Positions 20,820-30,327 of a DNA stretch of 64,000 nt are shown piece after piece. Within the stretch, counting starts at the first letter, position 1, and each line of letters begins with the position of its first letter. Source of the stretch: Promethearchaeota archaeon (GTDB lineage Archaea > Asgardarchaeota > Lokiarchaeia > Sigyniarchaeales > SOKP01); assembly GCA_016839555.1 (NCBI GenBank), contig JAEOUA010000010.1, forward strand, positions 96,001-160,000, in the 5' to 3' direction. Position numbers and translations under genes: made by a program. The notes below the pieces were generated by a model. It was not told where the DNA came from and did no database searches. It saw nothing but the letters and a program-made list of their open reading frames with translations.

Positions 20820-22190
20820 ATGAATAACGAAAAAATTCTTTCTGAATTGCAAAATATTGTCGGTAAAGCCTACGTTTCAAACGATCCCGCGGAATTATTT
20901 ATGTATTCCAGAGATCCGGGCGCGAGCAAGCCTAGAGATGTAGATTTTGTCGCAATGCCTCGAACTACTAAAGAAGTTCAAGCTATCGTGAAATTAGCAA
21001 ATAAATTTAAAATCCCCGTCACACCAATGGGAGGGGGTCTTACATTAAGCGGTCTTGTTATACCAGTGAAGGGAGGTATTGTAATTGACATGAAACGAAT
21101 GGATACTATAGTAGAAATTAATAAATTAAGCCGATATGCTCTAATTGAGCCAGGAGTGTCTACAGGTCAATTACAGGCGTTCTTGGAGGAAAATTATCCC
21201 GAGCTACAAGTTTCCGTCCCAGATGCACCTCCATCAGTTACAGTAGCTGGAAATGCTTTAATTAATGGATCTGGGTTTTTGTCTCATCAATATGGTGATC
21301 ATGGGAGTATGCTTAATGGATTAGAAGTAGTTCTTCCTAATGGAGAAATATGCAAGGTTGGATCTTGCGCGCTTTCTGATTATTGGTTTACACGAGGGCC
21401 AATTCCTGATTTTATCGGATTGTTTACGAGTTCATTCGGAATGATGGGTATCATAACGAAATTATCAATTAAATTGTATCCAAAGCCAAAAATGAGAGAT
21501 TTAGTATTTGGATTATTCAAAAAATCAGAAATAATTCCTGAATTATTATATAACATTACATTTACCGAACTTGCAGAAGATATTTTATTAGGAGCTCAAG
21601 GAAAGCCAGACTGGATGGCGGGTTATATTTTTATAATTGTATATATTACTGGAGGATCTCAAGAAGAATTAGATAAGAAAGAAAAAAGATTAAAAAAGAT
21701 ATATAGAAAGAACGGGGCACGATATATGAAACCTCCCCCAAGAATTAGGGATATTTTTCTCGAAAAGCCCCAATTTGCAGCTAAAGCAGCAGATTTCCGA
21801 AAAGGAGGGGGATTTGAGTATGTTGGGAGCTTTTTTCCCTTAGAAAAAGTTCCTGAGGCAATGGATAGAGGAATGGAGATCTCAAACAAATATGGTATTA
21901 TACCAACTTTAGGCGCGAGAATTTTTGGACCTACCCACACTGTGATGGTATTTTTTTCTTATTCGTTTAATAGGGCAGATCCCGATGATATTCAAAATGC
22001 AAAAAATGCCTTAAGAGATACCAATATAATGACTTTAGAATTAGGGGGTATTCCTTGGAAAGGAGAGTTAAGAGCTCAACAAATGATCTTAGAAAAGATG
22101 AATCCAAATTATAAATACTTATTAAAAACTATTAAAGAACAATTAGATCCTAATAATATCATGAATCCTGGAAATTGGGAGGTGAAGTAA
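20820..22190 (+). CDS. FAD-linked oxidoreductase, GlcD/D-lactate dehydrogenase family
   Basis: VTPMGGGLTLSG, GLEVVLPNGEI, GIITK, LDPNNIMNPG. Confidence 0.9.
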   Translation: MNNEKILSELQNIVGKAYVSNDPAELFMYSRDPGASKPRDVDFVAMPRTTKEVQAIVKLANKFKIPVTPMGGGLTLSGLVIPVKGGIVIDMKRMDTIVEINKLSRYALIEPGVSTGQLQAFLEENYPELQVSVPDAPPSVTVAGNALINGSGFLSHQYGDHGSMLNGLEVVLPNGEICKVGSCALSDYWFTRGPIPDFIGLFTSSFGMMGIITKLSIKLYPKPKMRDLVFGLFKKSEIIPELLYNITFTELAEDILLGAQGKPDWMAGYIFIIVYITGGSQEELDKKEKRLKKIYRKNGARYMKPPPRIRDIFLEKPQFAAKAADFRKGGGFEYVGSFFPLEKVPEAMDRGMEISNKYGIIPTLGARIFGPTHTVMVFFSYSFNRADPDDIQNAKNALRDTNIMTLELGGIPWKGELRAQQMILEKMNPNYKYLLKTIKEQLDPNNIMNPGNWEVK

Positions 22191-23357
22191 ATGAATTTAG
22201 AAGAATATGATGGTATTGTCCATCGTTGTTTTAGGTGCGGATATTGTAAATTAACGCATAATTATCTATTACTTAATTGTCCAAGCTACAAGAAATACCG
22301 GTTTGAGACCTACTCAACGGGGGGCCGTATGTGGCTCATATACGCTCTTATGACTAACGAAATTGAATGGAGTGAAAAGGTAGCTGACATTTTATACGCA
22401 TGCCCTACATGTGGCAATTGTAATATTAATTGTAGATTCGATAAATTTAATGATTTCTTAGTAGATATCATTGAAGCCGCACGAGCGGAAGCCGTAAAGA
22501 ATGGTTTTTGTCCTGAAAATCAGACCCAATTGATAGAACGAACCACGAATCCGGAATTTTTTAATCCCTATGCCGAGCCAAATTCCGATAACGAAGACTT
22601 GAAAAAGAAATATAATCTTCCAGATAAAGCAGAGTGGGTATACTTTATAGGATGTACCTCTAATTATAGACAACAAGATTTAAGAGATGCCACGTTAAGA
22701 TTTCTAAAAAAGGCAGGAATTGATTTTACCTTAATTGATGAACATTGTTGCACGAGTCCACTTATAAGAACTGGTCAACTTGATCCAGTAAAAAAATTTA
22801 TGAATTATAATGTAGAAAAGATTAAAGAGACTGGGGCCTCAAAAATTGTAACCTCTTGTGCGGGATGCTGTAGAACTTTAAAAGTTGATTTTGAAAAGCA
22901 AGGTGTTAATATAAATTTTGAGGTATTACATACTTCTGAATTGATTAATCAACTCTTAAAAGAAGGAAAAATCAAATTTAACTCTGAGTTTAATAAAATA
23001 GTAACATACCATGATCCATGTCATATAGGACGCCATATGGGACTTTATGATGATCCTAGAGAGGTGTATAAAGCAATTCCTGGAATTGAATTCAAAGAAA
23101 TGCAAAGGATAAGGGAAAATTCGTGGTGCTGCGGTGCAGGAGGCGGTGTCAAAATAGGATATCCGGATTGGGCCTTAGAGATTTCAAAAGAAAGATTGGA
23201 AGAAGCAAAAGAAACTGGAGCAGAAGTACTCTCATCAACATGTCCATTTTGCCGGACTAACTTGACTGATGCGAATAGAGAATACAATATGGGCTTAGAA
23301 ATTTTAGATTTAGTCGAAATTTTGGATAATATAGAAATCGAAACCCAAAATACTTAG
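22191..23357 (+). CDS. Fe-S oxidoreductase, GlcF/HdrD-like (4Fe-4S + CCG domains)
   Basis: CFRCGYC, CPTCGNC, TYHDPCHIGR, CCGAGGG, CPFC; abuts the previous stop codon (TAAATG). Confidence 0.9.
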   Translation: MNLEEYDGIVHRCFRCGYCKLTHNYLLLNCPSYKKYRFETYSTGGRMWLIYALMTNEIEWSEKVADILYACPTCGNCNINCRFDKFNDFLVDIIEAARAEAVKNGFCPENQTQLIERTTNPEFFNPYAEPNSDNEDLKKKYNLPDKAEWVYFIGCTSNYRQQDLRDATLRFLKKAGIDFTLIDEHCCTSPLIRTGQLDPVKKFMNYNVEKIKETGASKIVTSCAGCCRTLKVDFEKQGVNINFEVLHTSELINQLLKEGKIKFNSEFNKIVTYHDPCHIGRHMGLYDDPREVYKAIPGIEFKEMQRIRENSWCCGAGGGVKIGYPDWALEISKERLEEAKETGAEVLSSTCPFCRTNLTDANREYNMGLEILDLVEILDNIEIETQNT

Positions 23358-23449
23358 TATTTTATTTTCTTTTTTTTTTATATTGAAAGAGAATATTTTC
23401 TTTTAATTTATTATATATATTAAAAGAATTATAATAAGGTGAAATAAAA

Positions 23450-24295
23450 ATGAGATTGGGAGCACATATGAGTATTTCGGGTGGTAAATATAAAGCACTT
23501 GAAAGAGGAAACAGTATTGGATGCGAAGCAATTCAAATTTTTACAGGAAATGTCAGAAGTTGGGCTTCAAAACCTTTAGATGAAGAAGAAATTAAATTAT
23601 TTCATGAGAAGAAAAAAGAATATGATATTTATCCAGTTATATCGCATAATAGTTATTTAATTAATTTAGCAACAACAGATGAGGAGAAACTGAAAAAATC
23701 CTATGATGCGATGCTTGACGAATTAACTAGAGCTGATCAACTGGGTATTGAATATGTCAATATGCATCCAGGAAATAAAAATGAAGGAGAGAAAGAAATA
23801 GATGCTCTATTAAGAATTGCCGAACAAATTAATCTTTTATTAAAGCAAACTAATAAATCTAATGTGATCATTCTTTTGGAAACAACTGCCGGTCAGGGAA
23901 ATGATGTTGGTTATAAATTCGAACATATGATCGCTATTATGGATGAAATTGAAAATAAAAAACGTATTGGAGTAACATTTGATACTCAGCATTCATTTGC
24001 TGCTGGCTACGATTTCAGAACTAAAAATACTTACGAAAAATTATGGAATGAATTTGATGATATAATTGGCTTACAATATCTGGATGCATTTCATTTTAAC
24101 GATTCTAAAAGCGATTTAGGAGATAAAGTTGATCGACATGATCATATTGGAAATGGAAAAATAGGGAAAGAGCCGTTTGGCTTTTTTATTAATGATGAGA
24201 GATTTAAAGAGTTGCCTGGAATCTTAGAAACTCCTAATAGCGAAAAGACATTTGAAGATAACTTAAATGTTCTAAAAAGTTTAAGAAAAAGTTAG
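23450..24295 (+). CDS. nfo: Endonuclease IV
   Basis: LGAHMSISGG, SHNSYLINL, HPG, LLETTAGQG, FDTQHSFAAGYD, HFNDSK, DRHDHIG, LETP. Confidence 0.95.
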   Translation: MRLGAHMSISGGKYKALERGNSIGCEAIQIFTGNVRSWASKPLDEEEIKLFHEKKKEYDIYPVISHNSYLINLATTDEEKLKKSYDAMLDELTRADQLGIEYVNMHPGNKNEGEKEIDALLRIAEQINLLLKQTNKSNVIILLETTAGQGNDVGYKFEHMIAIMDEIENKKRIGVTFDTQHSFAAGYDFRTKNTYEKLWNEFDDIIGLQYLDAFHFNDSKSDLGDKVDRHDHIGNGKIGKEPFGFFINDERFKELPGILETPNSEKTFEDNLNVLKSLRKS

Positions 24296-24422
24296 ATTAA
24301 TTATCAAATTTTTAATTTATAATTATTTTACCATTAAATAATTAAGGATTTATGAAGATCTAAAGTTTAAAAAAGAAGGAAAAATAAAATATATAATATT
24401 TTAAAATCTCTTAAAATAAAAT

Positions 24423-24617
24423 TCATGCTCGTTTCCTAATATCAGCATTCTTTCTTATTCTTTTGTCCTTAAATTCTTGAGTCTTTTGTCTTAGTATAGT
24501 TCTACGTTCGACAATGCTTACCCTATTATGCTTTAAGAGATCATCTAATTTTTCCATATATTCATCTGTACTCAAACTTAAGTCAAAAATTGAGTTATAA
24601 TCAATTTTTTCTAGCAT
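24423..24617 (-). CDS. Small hypothetical protein
   Basis: 64 aa, charged and helical; GAGGT upstream. Confidence 0.6.
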   Translation of the reverse strand: MLEKIDYNSIFDLSLSTDEYMEKLDDLLKHNRVSIVERRTILRQKTQEFKDKRIRKNADIRKRA

Positions 24618-24774
24618 TCTAATACCTCAACACTTCTTATTTCTTACTAGCCATAAAATAATATGGTGGATACATAATATTTAAAAATTCTATTATTTAA
24701 TTTTATCTTTTCAGATAATTATAATTCCGAAATAATAAACTATTTTCAATTTTTTCCAAAAAAAAGATTTTTAA

Positions 24775-25356
24775 TTATTCAATTGATGCGTGTTTGTTAT
24801 CGATATCATCTTCCGATACATTCAGAAGATCCATTAGAACACCACCGATCGAATCTAAAACGGATAAAGTGCATATATCAAATAAACTCGTATATGGTGC
24901 TAGTGTTTTTTGAGATCTTGCTTTATCTTTACTCTTTCCCTGAATTCTAATTATCAAATCAGAAAGACTACCAATAGCACTATTTGGATTACCTGTTAAA
25001 AGAGCCAATGCTCCCCCAATTTCATGAGCTTTGCGAGCAATTGCAACAGAGGAGGTAGTTTCTCCACTTCCACTTATTATAATTAATAAATCAAAGGGTG
25101 TATAACGATATGTTACAGCATCAGAAACAAAACAGGACTTAATTCCCAAATGCATTAATCTCTGCGCAAAAGCTCGCCCCATAAATCCTGATCTTCCTGC
25201 ACCATAGATAAACACTCTATTACCTTTATTATGAATTTCTATAATTTTTTCAATTAATTTGTTAATTTCTGATAAATTTAACTCCTCGGAATTCTTTATA
25301 ATGTGATCTGAAATCTCTTGAAGTGTCTCTATAAATCTTTTTTTTGAGTTTTTCAT
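24775..25356 (-). CDS. hxlB: 6-phospho-3-hexuloisomerase-like SIS protein
   Basis: IYGAGRSG, FAQRLMHLG, ISGSGET, C-terminal HASIE. Confidence 0.88.
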   Translation of the reverse strand: MKNSKKRFIETLQEISDHIIKNSEELNLSEINKLIEKIIEIHNKGNRVFIYGAGRSGFMGRAFAQRLMHLGIKSCFVSDAVTYRYTPFDLLIIISGSGETTSSVAIARKAHEIGGALALLTGNPNSAIGSLSDLIIRIQGKSKDKARSQKTLAPYTSLFDICTLSVLDSIGGVLMDLLNVSEDDIDNKHASIE

Positions 25357-25383
25357 AATAATCAGTTTAAATCCTAAGGGATT

Positions 25384-26631
25384 TTAATTTTCATCTTGGA
25401 ATTTTTCTGGATTAACATACTTTCGCCATTCTTCAACCGTTTCTTTAGGTCCTAACCCAATAATAAGATCTCCTTGTTCAAATATGAAATCTGGCTCAAA
25501 ACTATAAATCCATTTATTTCCTCTCTTTACAGCAATTATATGAAACCCACGCTTATATTTTTTATCTTGGAGTTCATTGTATTTTTTTCCTTTAAAATAT
25601 GAATCCTCAGATAAATTTTCTCTTACTACGATTTCCGCCGTTTCTGTAATAGCTTTTTGCAAAATTTTATGGGGTTTAAAACCCCTTATAATACTCTCAG
25701 CAATAGTTCCTGCTGCATCAGCGATTAATTCACAAGAAAATGCGATACGTAAAATACCAGTTAAATCTCTTATATTCTGAATATGACTTGCCAATTCTAG
25801 TATATCTTTTTCAAAATTAATATTGAGCCCATCCATTAGCTCCTCCATCTCTAACACATCTTCTGCAACTTCATAGTTATTAAAAAATAACGACGCTAAC
25901 GCCAATTCGATCATTGTCTCTGAAATATCGGTAATTTGAATATAGATTTTTTTAATATTTCGGAACATTTCTTCAATTTCAGGATCGGAAATATCAAACG
26001 CAGGTTCTTTGATCTCCTTCTCAATTTCAAATGACACAGGCTCTTTATCATTACATTCTGTTTTAAGTTGCATTAAAGGAGCCTTTTCTCCTTTTACAAT
26101 TAGGGTATCATTCAATAGAATTTTTTCCTCTTTAGAAAAAAGCCATTTATTTTTGCGTCTTATTGCAATCAAATTCACACCATATTTAGACCGAAAATGA
26201 ATATCTTTACGATATTTCCCCAGAAAATTGCAACCTTCATTTATTTTAATTTTTATAATTGGTTCCGGTACTTTTTCCCAGAATAATTGGGTAAAGTCGG
26301 TGATATCATTATTTATATAAATTACTCGAGCAATATCAGAAAGCGCATCCGATATTTTATCAATAGAATAACCCATAACGATAATAGGCTCTAATTTTTT
26401 CGCATTCTTAATACCCAATGGATGAGTTTGTATAATTTGAAAGCTCAATAAAAAAGTAAGTTCATGGATTCGTTGCTCTATATTATATACTTCATCCGCA
26501 ATTTCTTTGCTTCCAAATTTAATTGCGGAATATGCAAGGTCTATCATCAAATCTATATTTTGTTTCATCTGCGATAAAATATCTTTAAGCGAGATGGGAC
26601 GATATTTAAATTTCTTTTTGATGGCAGTCAT
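25384..26631 (-). CDS. Tandem PhoU + TrkA_C (RCK_C) domain protein
   Basis: LMIDLAYSA / MIELALASL PhoU repeats; IAIRRKNKW / IAVKRGNKW TrkA_C repeats. Confidence 0.85.
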   Translation of the reverse strand: MTAIKKKFKYRPISLKDILSQMKQNIDLMIDLAYSAIKFGSKEIADEVYNIEQRIHELTFLLSFQIIQTHPLGIKNAKKLEPIIVMGYSIDKISDALSDIARVIYINNDITDFTQLFWEKVPEPIIKIKINEGCNFLGKYRKDIHFRSKYGVNLIAIRRKNKWLFSKEEKILLNDTLIVKGEKAPLMQLKTECNDKEPVSFEIEKEIKEPAFDISDPEIEEMFRNIKKIYIQITDISETMIELALASLFFNNYEVAEDVLEMEELMDGLNINFEKDILELASHIQNIRDLTGILRIAFSCELIADAAGTIAESIIRGFKPHKILQKAITETAEIVVRENLSEDSYFKGKKYNELQDKKYKRGFHIIAVKRGNKWIYSFEPDFIFEQGDLIIGLGPKETVEEWRKYVNPEKFQDEN

Positions 26632-26670
26632 ATTGAATTTATTTCACTAATAAAAGTCTATTCTTTAATT

Positions 26671-27231
26671 CTATATAAAGATTATGATTAATATAATTAT
26701 CAATAGAGGTGTTAACAAGTCTATAATAGAGGTGGTAATAGGAATTAAAAGATTATTAGGATCCTTTCCTTTTCTGAATAAAAGAATTGAAAAAATAAAC
26801 AAGATGATAAACAAAAATATAAATAGTAATAAAACAGTTATCGATAATATCATTATAATTATGAAAGGATTTACTATTTTTTTTCCAGAAATAAATAAAA
26901 ACGTATAACCAATTGTCACTAACGCTCCAAAAGAGAGTATAATAGTAATTAAAAGTCCAATAAAGTCATCCTTCAATTTTTCTGATCTTTTTATTTCGGG
27001 GGCAATAGAACCTATATGTAAGTGAGTACTTAATCTTGCAACTAATACAACCGATATATCACCAATTAGAGAGTTTAGGGCGGGTAAAGTAATAAGAATA
27101 ATTGGGATACTATAAAGGATTTCTTCATTAATAGATAATACTGTTCCGGATATGAGTCCTAATAGAGATGAAACAATTAATAATATGAATGATTCCTTAA
27201 CGATTTTTTTAAAATAATCTATTTTTCCCAT
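26671..27231 (-). CDS. MgtE/SLC41-family transporter membrane half
   Basis: ARLSTHLHIG, GKDPNNLLIPITTSIIDL. Confidence 0.85.
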   Translation of the reverse strand: MGKIDYFKKIVKESFILLIVSSLLGLISGTVLSINEEILYSIPIILITLPALNSLIGDISVVLVARLSTHLHIGSIAPEIKRSEKLKDDFIGLLITIILSFGALVTIGYTFLFISGKKIVNPFIIIMILSITVLLLFIFLFIILFIFSILLFRKGKDPNNLLIPITTSIIDLLTPLLIIILIIIFI

Positions 27232-27233
27232 TT

Positions 27234-27794
27234 TTAAGGTACCCCCAATAATAGAAGAGTTATATAAAAGGTGAATACCGAGAAAAAATCATCTATGGCA
27301 GCCATAAGGGGATTAACTACATTATTTACATTCAGACCGAATTGGAATGCAATATAATTTAAAAACGTAGATGTAGGAATAGAAATCGATAAACTAAAAA
27401 AATTAGAAATTAAAAGAATAGCTATAAAGAGTGAAAAAGATAATTCCCCTACTTTTAAAAATAAGAGGTTTATAAAATAACTGATAATAGCAATTAAAAT
27501 TGAAGTGATTAATGATAAAAAGAAGGTTGCTAATACATTTTCTAGCCATGTATTAATATTAAAATCTCCAATAATGAGATCTTTTCCCGTTCTTGCGATA
27601 AATGGGCCGCTAATATTACCCCTTAAAGAAAGTATAGCTGGCACCATTAAAATGAGCACAGCAAAGGATTCAAAAGGGAGTATTAATATGGTAAGAATGA
27701 CACCTGCGAAAATAGAACCTATGATGGAAACAATTTCCGAGGGAAAAGTCTCTTTAATAATCCTAATCCGTGAATCATCTTCCAAATATTCCAT
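27234..27794 (-). CDS. MgtE/SLC41-family transporter membrane half (probable start ATG 27794)
   Basis: PAILSLRGNISGPFIAR, NNVVNPLMAAIDD; the ORF track extends to a TTG at 27854. Confidence 0.8.
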   Translation of the reverse strand: MEYLEDDSRIRIIKETFPSEIVSIIGSIFAGVILTILILPFESFAVLILMVPAILSLRGNISGPFIARTGKDLIIGDFNINTWLENVLATFFLSLITSILIAIISYFINLLFLKVGELSFSLFIAILLISNFFSLSISIPTSTFLNYIAFQFGLNVNNVVNPLMAAIDDFFSVFTFYITLLLLGVP

Positions 27795-28242
27795 ATCGCA
27801 GCGCCCATTATTCTGATATAAAATAAGATTATTATTTTGTATTAATACTTTCAATAGTCAAAATTATGAATTAAATATAAAAATTGTTAAAGTACCTATT
27901 TTTTTAAAACCCCGATATTTTTATTTAATTTAGCTAATTAAAAATATTCAAGAAAAAAGGTAAAAATTTATCCTTTACTTATTAAAAATTCGATAAAATT
28001 CACTTGTTTTTAGAAAAATCAATTCATCTTTCAATTCTAAAAACTAAAGTATTGATTTCATAGGAATTAAAATAAATTATTATATTATTCTTAGATGATT
28101 ATTTATATCTCCCAATTTATTTTAAACTGATATATATAGTTCAAATTTCACAATTTGAATATTCCCTTTAAAAAATTATTAATTAGTAAGCTATTATAAA
28201 TATTAGATTATAATTTTAATAATATCGCTTCTTTAAATAGTT

Positions 28243-28950
28243 ATGATTATGAATTTTGAAAGATACAATTCGCGATTCCAAGCTGGAAGGAAATTAATCA
28301 TATTTCTTAAGAATAATGATAATGAATTGTATAAATACCTCAAAAATAATACTAGTAAATTTTTTTGTTTTGCCATTCCTAATGGTGGAGTTCCTGTCGC
28401 AGAGGGATTTTGCACCGAGATGAAACTTAATTATGATTTATTAATAGTAAGAAAAATCAAAATTCCATATAATCCTGAAGCGGGGTTTGGATCAATCACA
28501 CCCGATGGAACCGTGTTACTTAATAAAGAACTTTTAAACTATTTGAATCTGAATAGAGAAGAAATTAATGAATCTATAGACATTACTAAAAATGAAATTC
28601 GAGATCGCTTACAATTTTATCACAAACAAGCAAATCTTGTAAGGGATTATGAGAACAAAATTAAAAATAAGATAATCTTTCTGATGGATGATGGATTGGC
28701 TTCTGGATTTACCATGTTGGCAGCTATTAAAATGGTAAAAAAGTATAACCCAGAGGAAGTCTATGTTCTTACTCCAACTGCACCGTATAGAACGGTAGTA
28801 AGAATTGAAAAAAAGGTTAAGAAGGTTTTTTGTCCTAATATTAGAAAGGTTATGCGATTTGCGGTTGCTGATGCCTATAAACAATGGTATGATGTGCCCG
28901 AATCCGAAGTACTGGATATTTTAAATCAATCAAATTATTATATGAAATAA
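28243..28950 (+). CDS. Phosphoribosyltransferase-like protein
   Basis: SRFQAGRKL, AIPNGGVPVA, VRKIKIPYNPEAGFG, LMDDGLASGFTM. Confidence 0.9.
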   Translation: MIMNFERYNSRFQAGRKLIIFLKNNDNELYKYLKNNTSKFFCFAIPNGGVPVAEGFCTEMKLNYDLLIVRKIKIPYNPEAGFGSITPDGTVLLNKELLNYLNLNREEINESIDITKNEIRDRLQFYHKQANLVRDYENKIKNKIIFLMDDGLASGFTMLAAIKMVKKYNPEEVYVLTPTAPYRTVVRIEKKVKKVFCPNIRKVMRFAVADAYKQWYDVPESEVLDILNQSNYYMK

Positions 28951-29035
28951 ATTATAACAAAATACACAATATGAACTAAGCAATAATTAAAAAATAATAA
29001 AAAAAAATAGATTTTTCCTTCTCTAAAAATAAAAA

Positions 29036-29302
29036 TTATGCGTTTTTTAACCGAAATAGGATACTAGAATGTGGGATGTAAAAATCATAATCATCCTTAA
29101 TTATTACGGTATTAAAATAGTCTGCAAGTCCTAAGAATCCTCTAATTACGGATTCATCCTCTTCAAATTCAAATGTAACTTCAGCAATCGCATTTTTCCC
29201 TCTAATTGAACAATCCTCGTATACTTGTTCATCAATTAAGGGAATTTGCATCTCGGTTATAATCTCTTTAACACGCTTGATAAAAAAATCTTTATCAGCC
29301 AT
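29036..29302 (-). CDS. Hypothetical protein (88 aa)
   Basis: ORF with GGTGAG upstream; no recognised motif. Confidence 0.7.
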   Translation of the reverse strand: MADKDFFIKRVKEIITEMQIPLIDEQVYEDCSIRGKNAIAEVTFEFEEDESVIRGFLGLADYFNTVIIKDDYDFYIPHSSILFRLKNA

Positions 29303-29549
29303 AATTTCTCACCAAAATAATTTTTTAAAAATTTATCAAATTAGATATCTTATGTTTTATTATTATTAATTAAGTATAAATTTTTTGTATAAATAAAAAA
29401 CTTTTAAAGAAGAAGACTATTTTAAAGCAAAATAATTTAGTGGAGAAAAAATAAGTAAAAATAAATTTATAAAATTAGATTATTTTTATTTTAATAATAT
29501 TGTTCTTAAAATATGGTAATTAAAAAATTAATATTAATGAGGATTAATT

Positions 29550-30182
29550 ATGGTTTCAGATAAAAAAAAGATTAATCGCGTTTTAGATTTCTTGAGAAAA
29601 GGGCTCACAAGTTTATCAGATGAATTAAGTGATGCCGTTAAGAATATTAACGATTTTATCGATTCCCTACAAAAAGCTGAGAAAGATCTGATAGGTATAT
29701 CTGTCTCAGAAGCAGTTCAAACAGTCAGTACTTCATCTAAACAAGTAGTCACCACTGCAAGCAATGCTAAGGTATCTGCTGCAAGTACTTTATTTAATTT
29801 GCTAAGTGGGGGGAGATCTTCTCCAGCTGCTCCGACAACCGCCAGTTTAGCGCCTGTCGCGGGACCACCGAAAGCACCCGCTGCTGGACCTCCAAAGGCA
29901 CCCGCTGCTGGACCTCCAAAACCACCTACCGCCGGACCTCCGAAAGCACCCGCTGCTGGACCTCCAAAACCACCTACCGCCGGACCACCGAGCGTGCCTG
30001 CCTCAGGTCCACCAAAAGCCCCTGTGACTCCTCCTAAGCCTCCTGTTGCTGGACCACCGAGTGCACCAACTACATCTGCCACACCTTCTACAACCCAAGT
30101 TGAAGGAGGAGGACTTTCTTCTCTCCGAGATGAAATGTTGGGTGAATTGGAAAGACTTAAGAAGATAATGCGTGGGGAATAA
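29550..30182 (+). CDS. Proline-rich protein with N-terminal coiled coil and C-terminal WH2-like helix-LKKI motif
   Basis: ~9 xAGPPKxP repeats; ends SLRDEMLGELERLKKIMRGE. Confidence 0.8.
   Translation: MVSDKKKINRVLDFLRKGLTSLSDELSDAVKNINDFIDSLQKAEKDLIGISVSEAVQTVSTSSKQVVTTASNAKVSAASTLFNLLSGGRSSPAAPTTASLAPVAGPPKAPAAGPPKAPAAGPPKPPTAGPPKAPAAGPPKPPTAGPPSVPASGPPKAPVTPPKPPVAGPPSAPTTSATPSTTQVEGGGLSSLRDEMLGELERLKKIMRGE
29856..30068 (+). repeat. Intragenic 24-nt tandem repeat, including a near-exact 48-nt duplication, encoding AAGPPKAP-type units
   Basis: GCACCCGCTGCTGGACCTCCAAA occurs three times; GC-rich island in an AT-rich window. Confidence 0.85.
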
Positions 30183-30327
30183 CTAAATATCTTTTTATAA
30201 ATTTTATAAATAATGTTTAAATGTTTTATAGCTCTTTTTAAATGGAAATAATATAAAGATCAAGAAAATTCTCATTTTTATTGAAATAATTAATTTCATA
30301 GGGTATTAAAATCCGTGGGGTTAGGAT

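Noticed and set aside
29856-30068. 24-nt repeats as a CRISPR array
   Set aside because: No unique spacers; the period is a multiple of 3 within a CDS; no cas genes in the window.
29717-30082. 121-aa Gly/Ala-rich antisense ORF
   Set aside because: Shadow of the GC-rich proline-repeat gene on the opposite strand.
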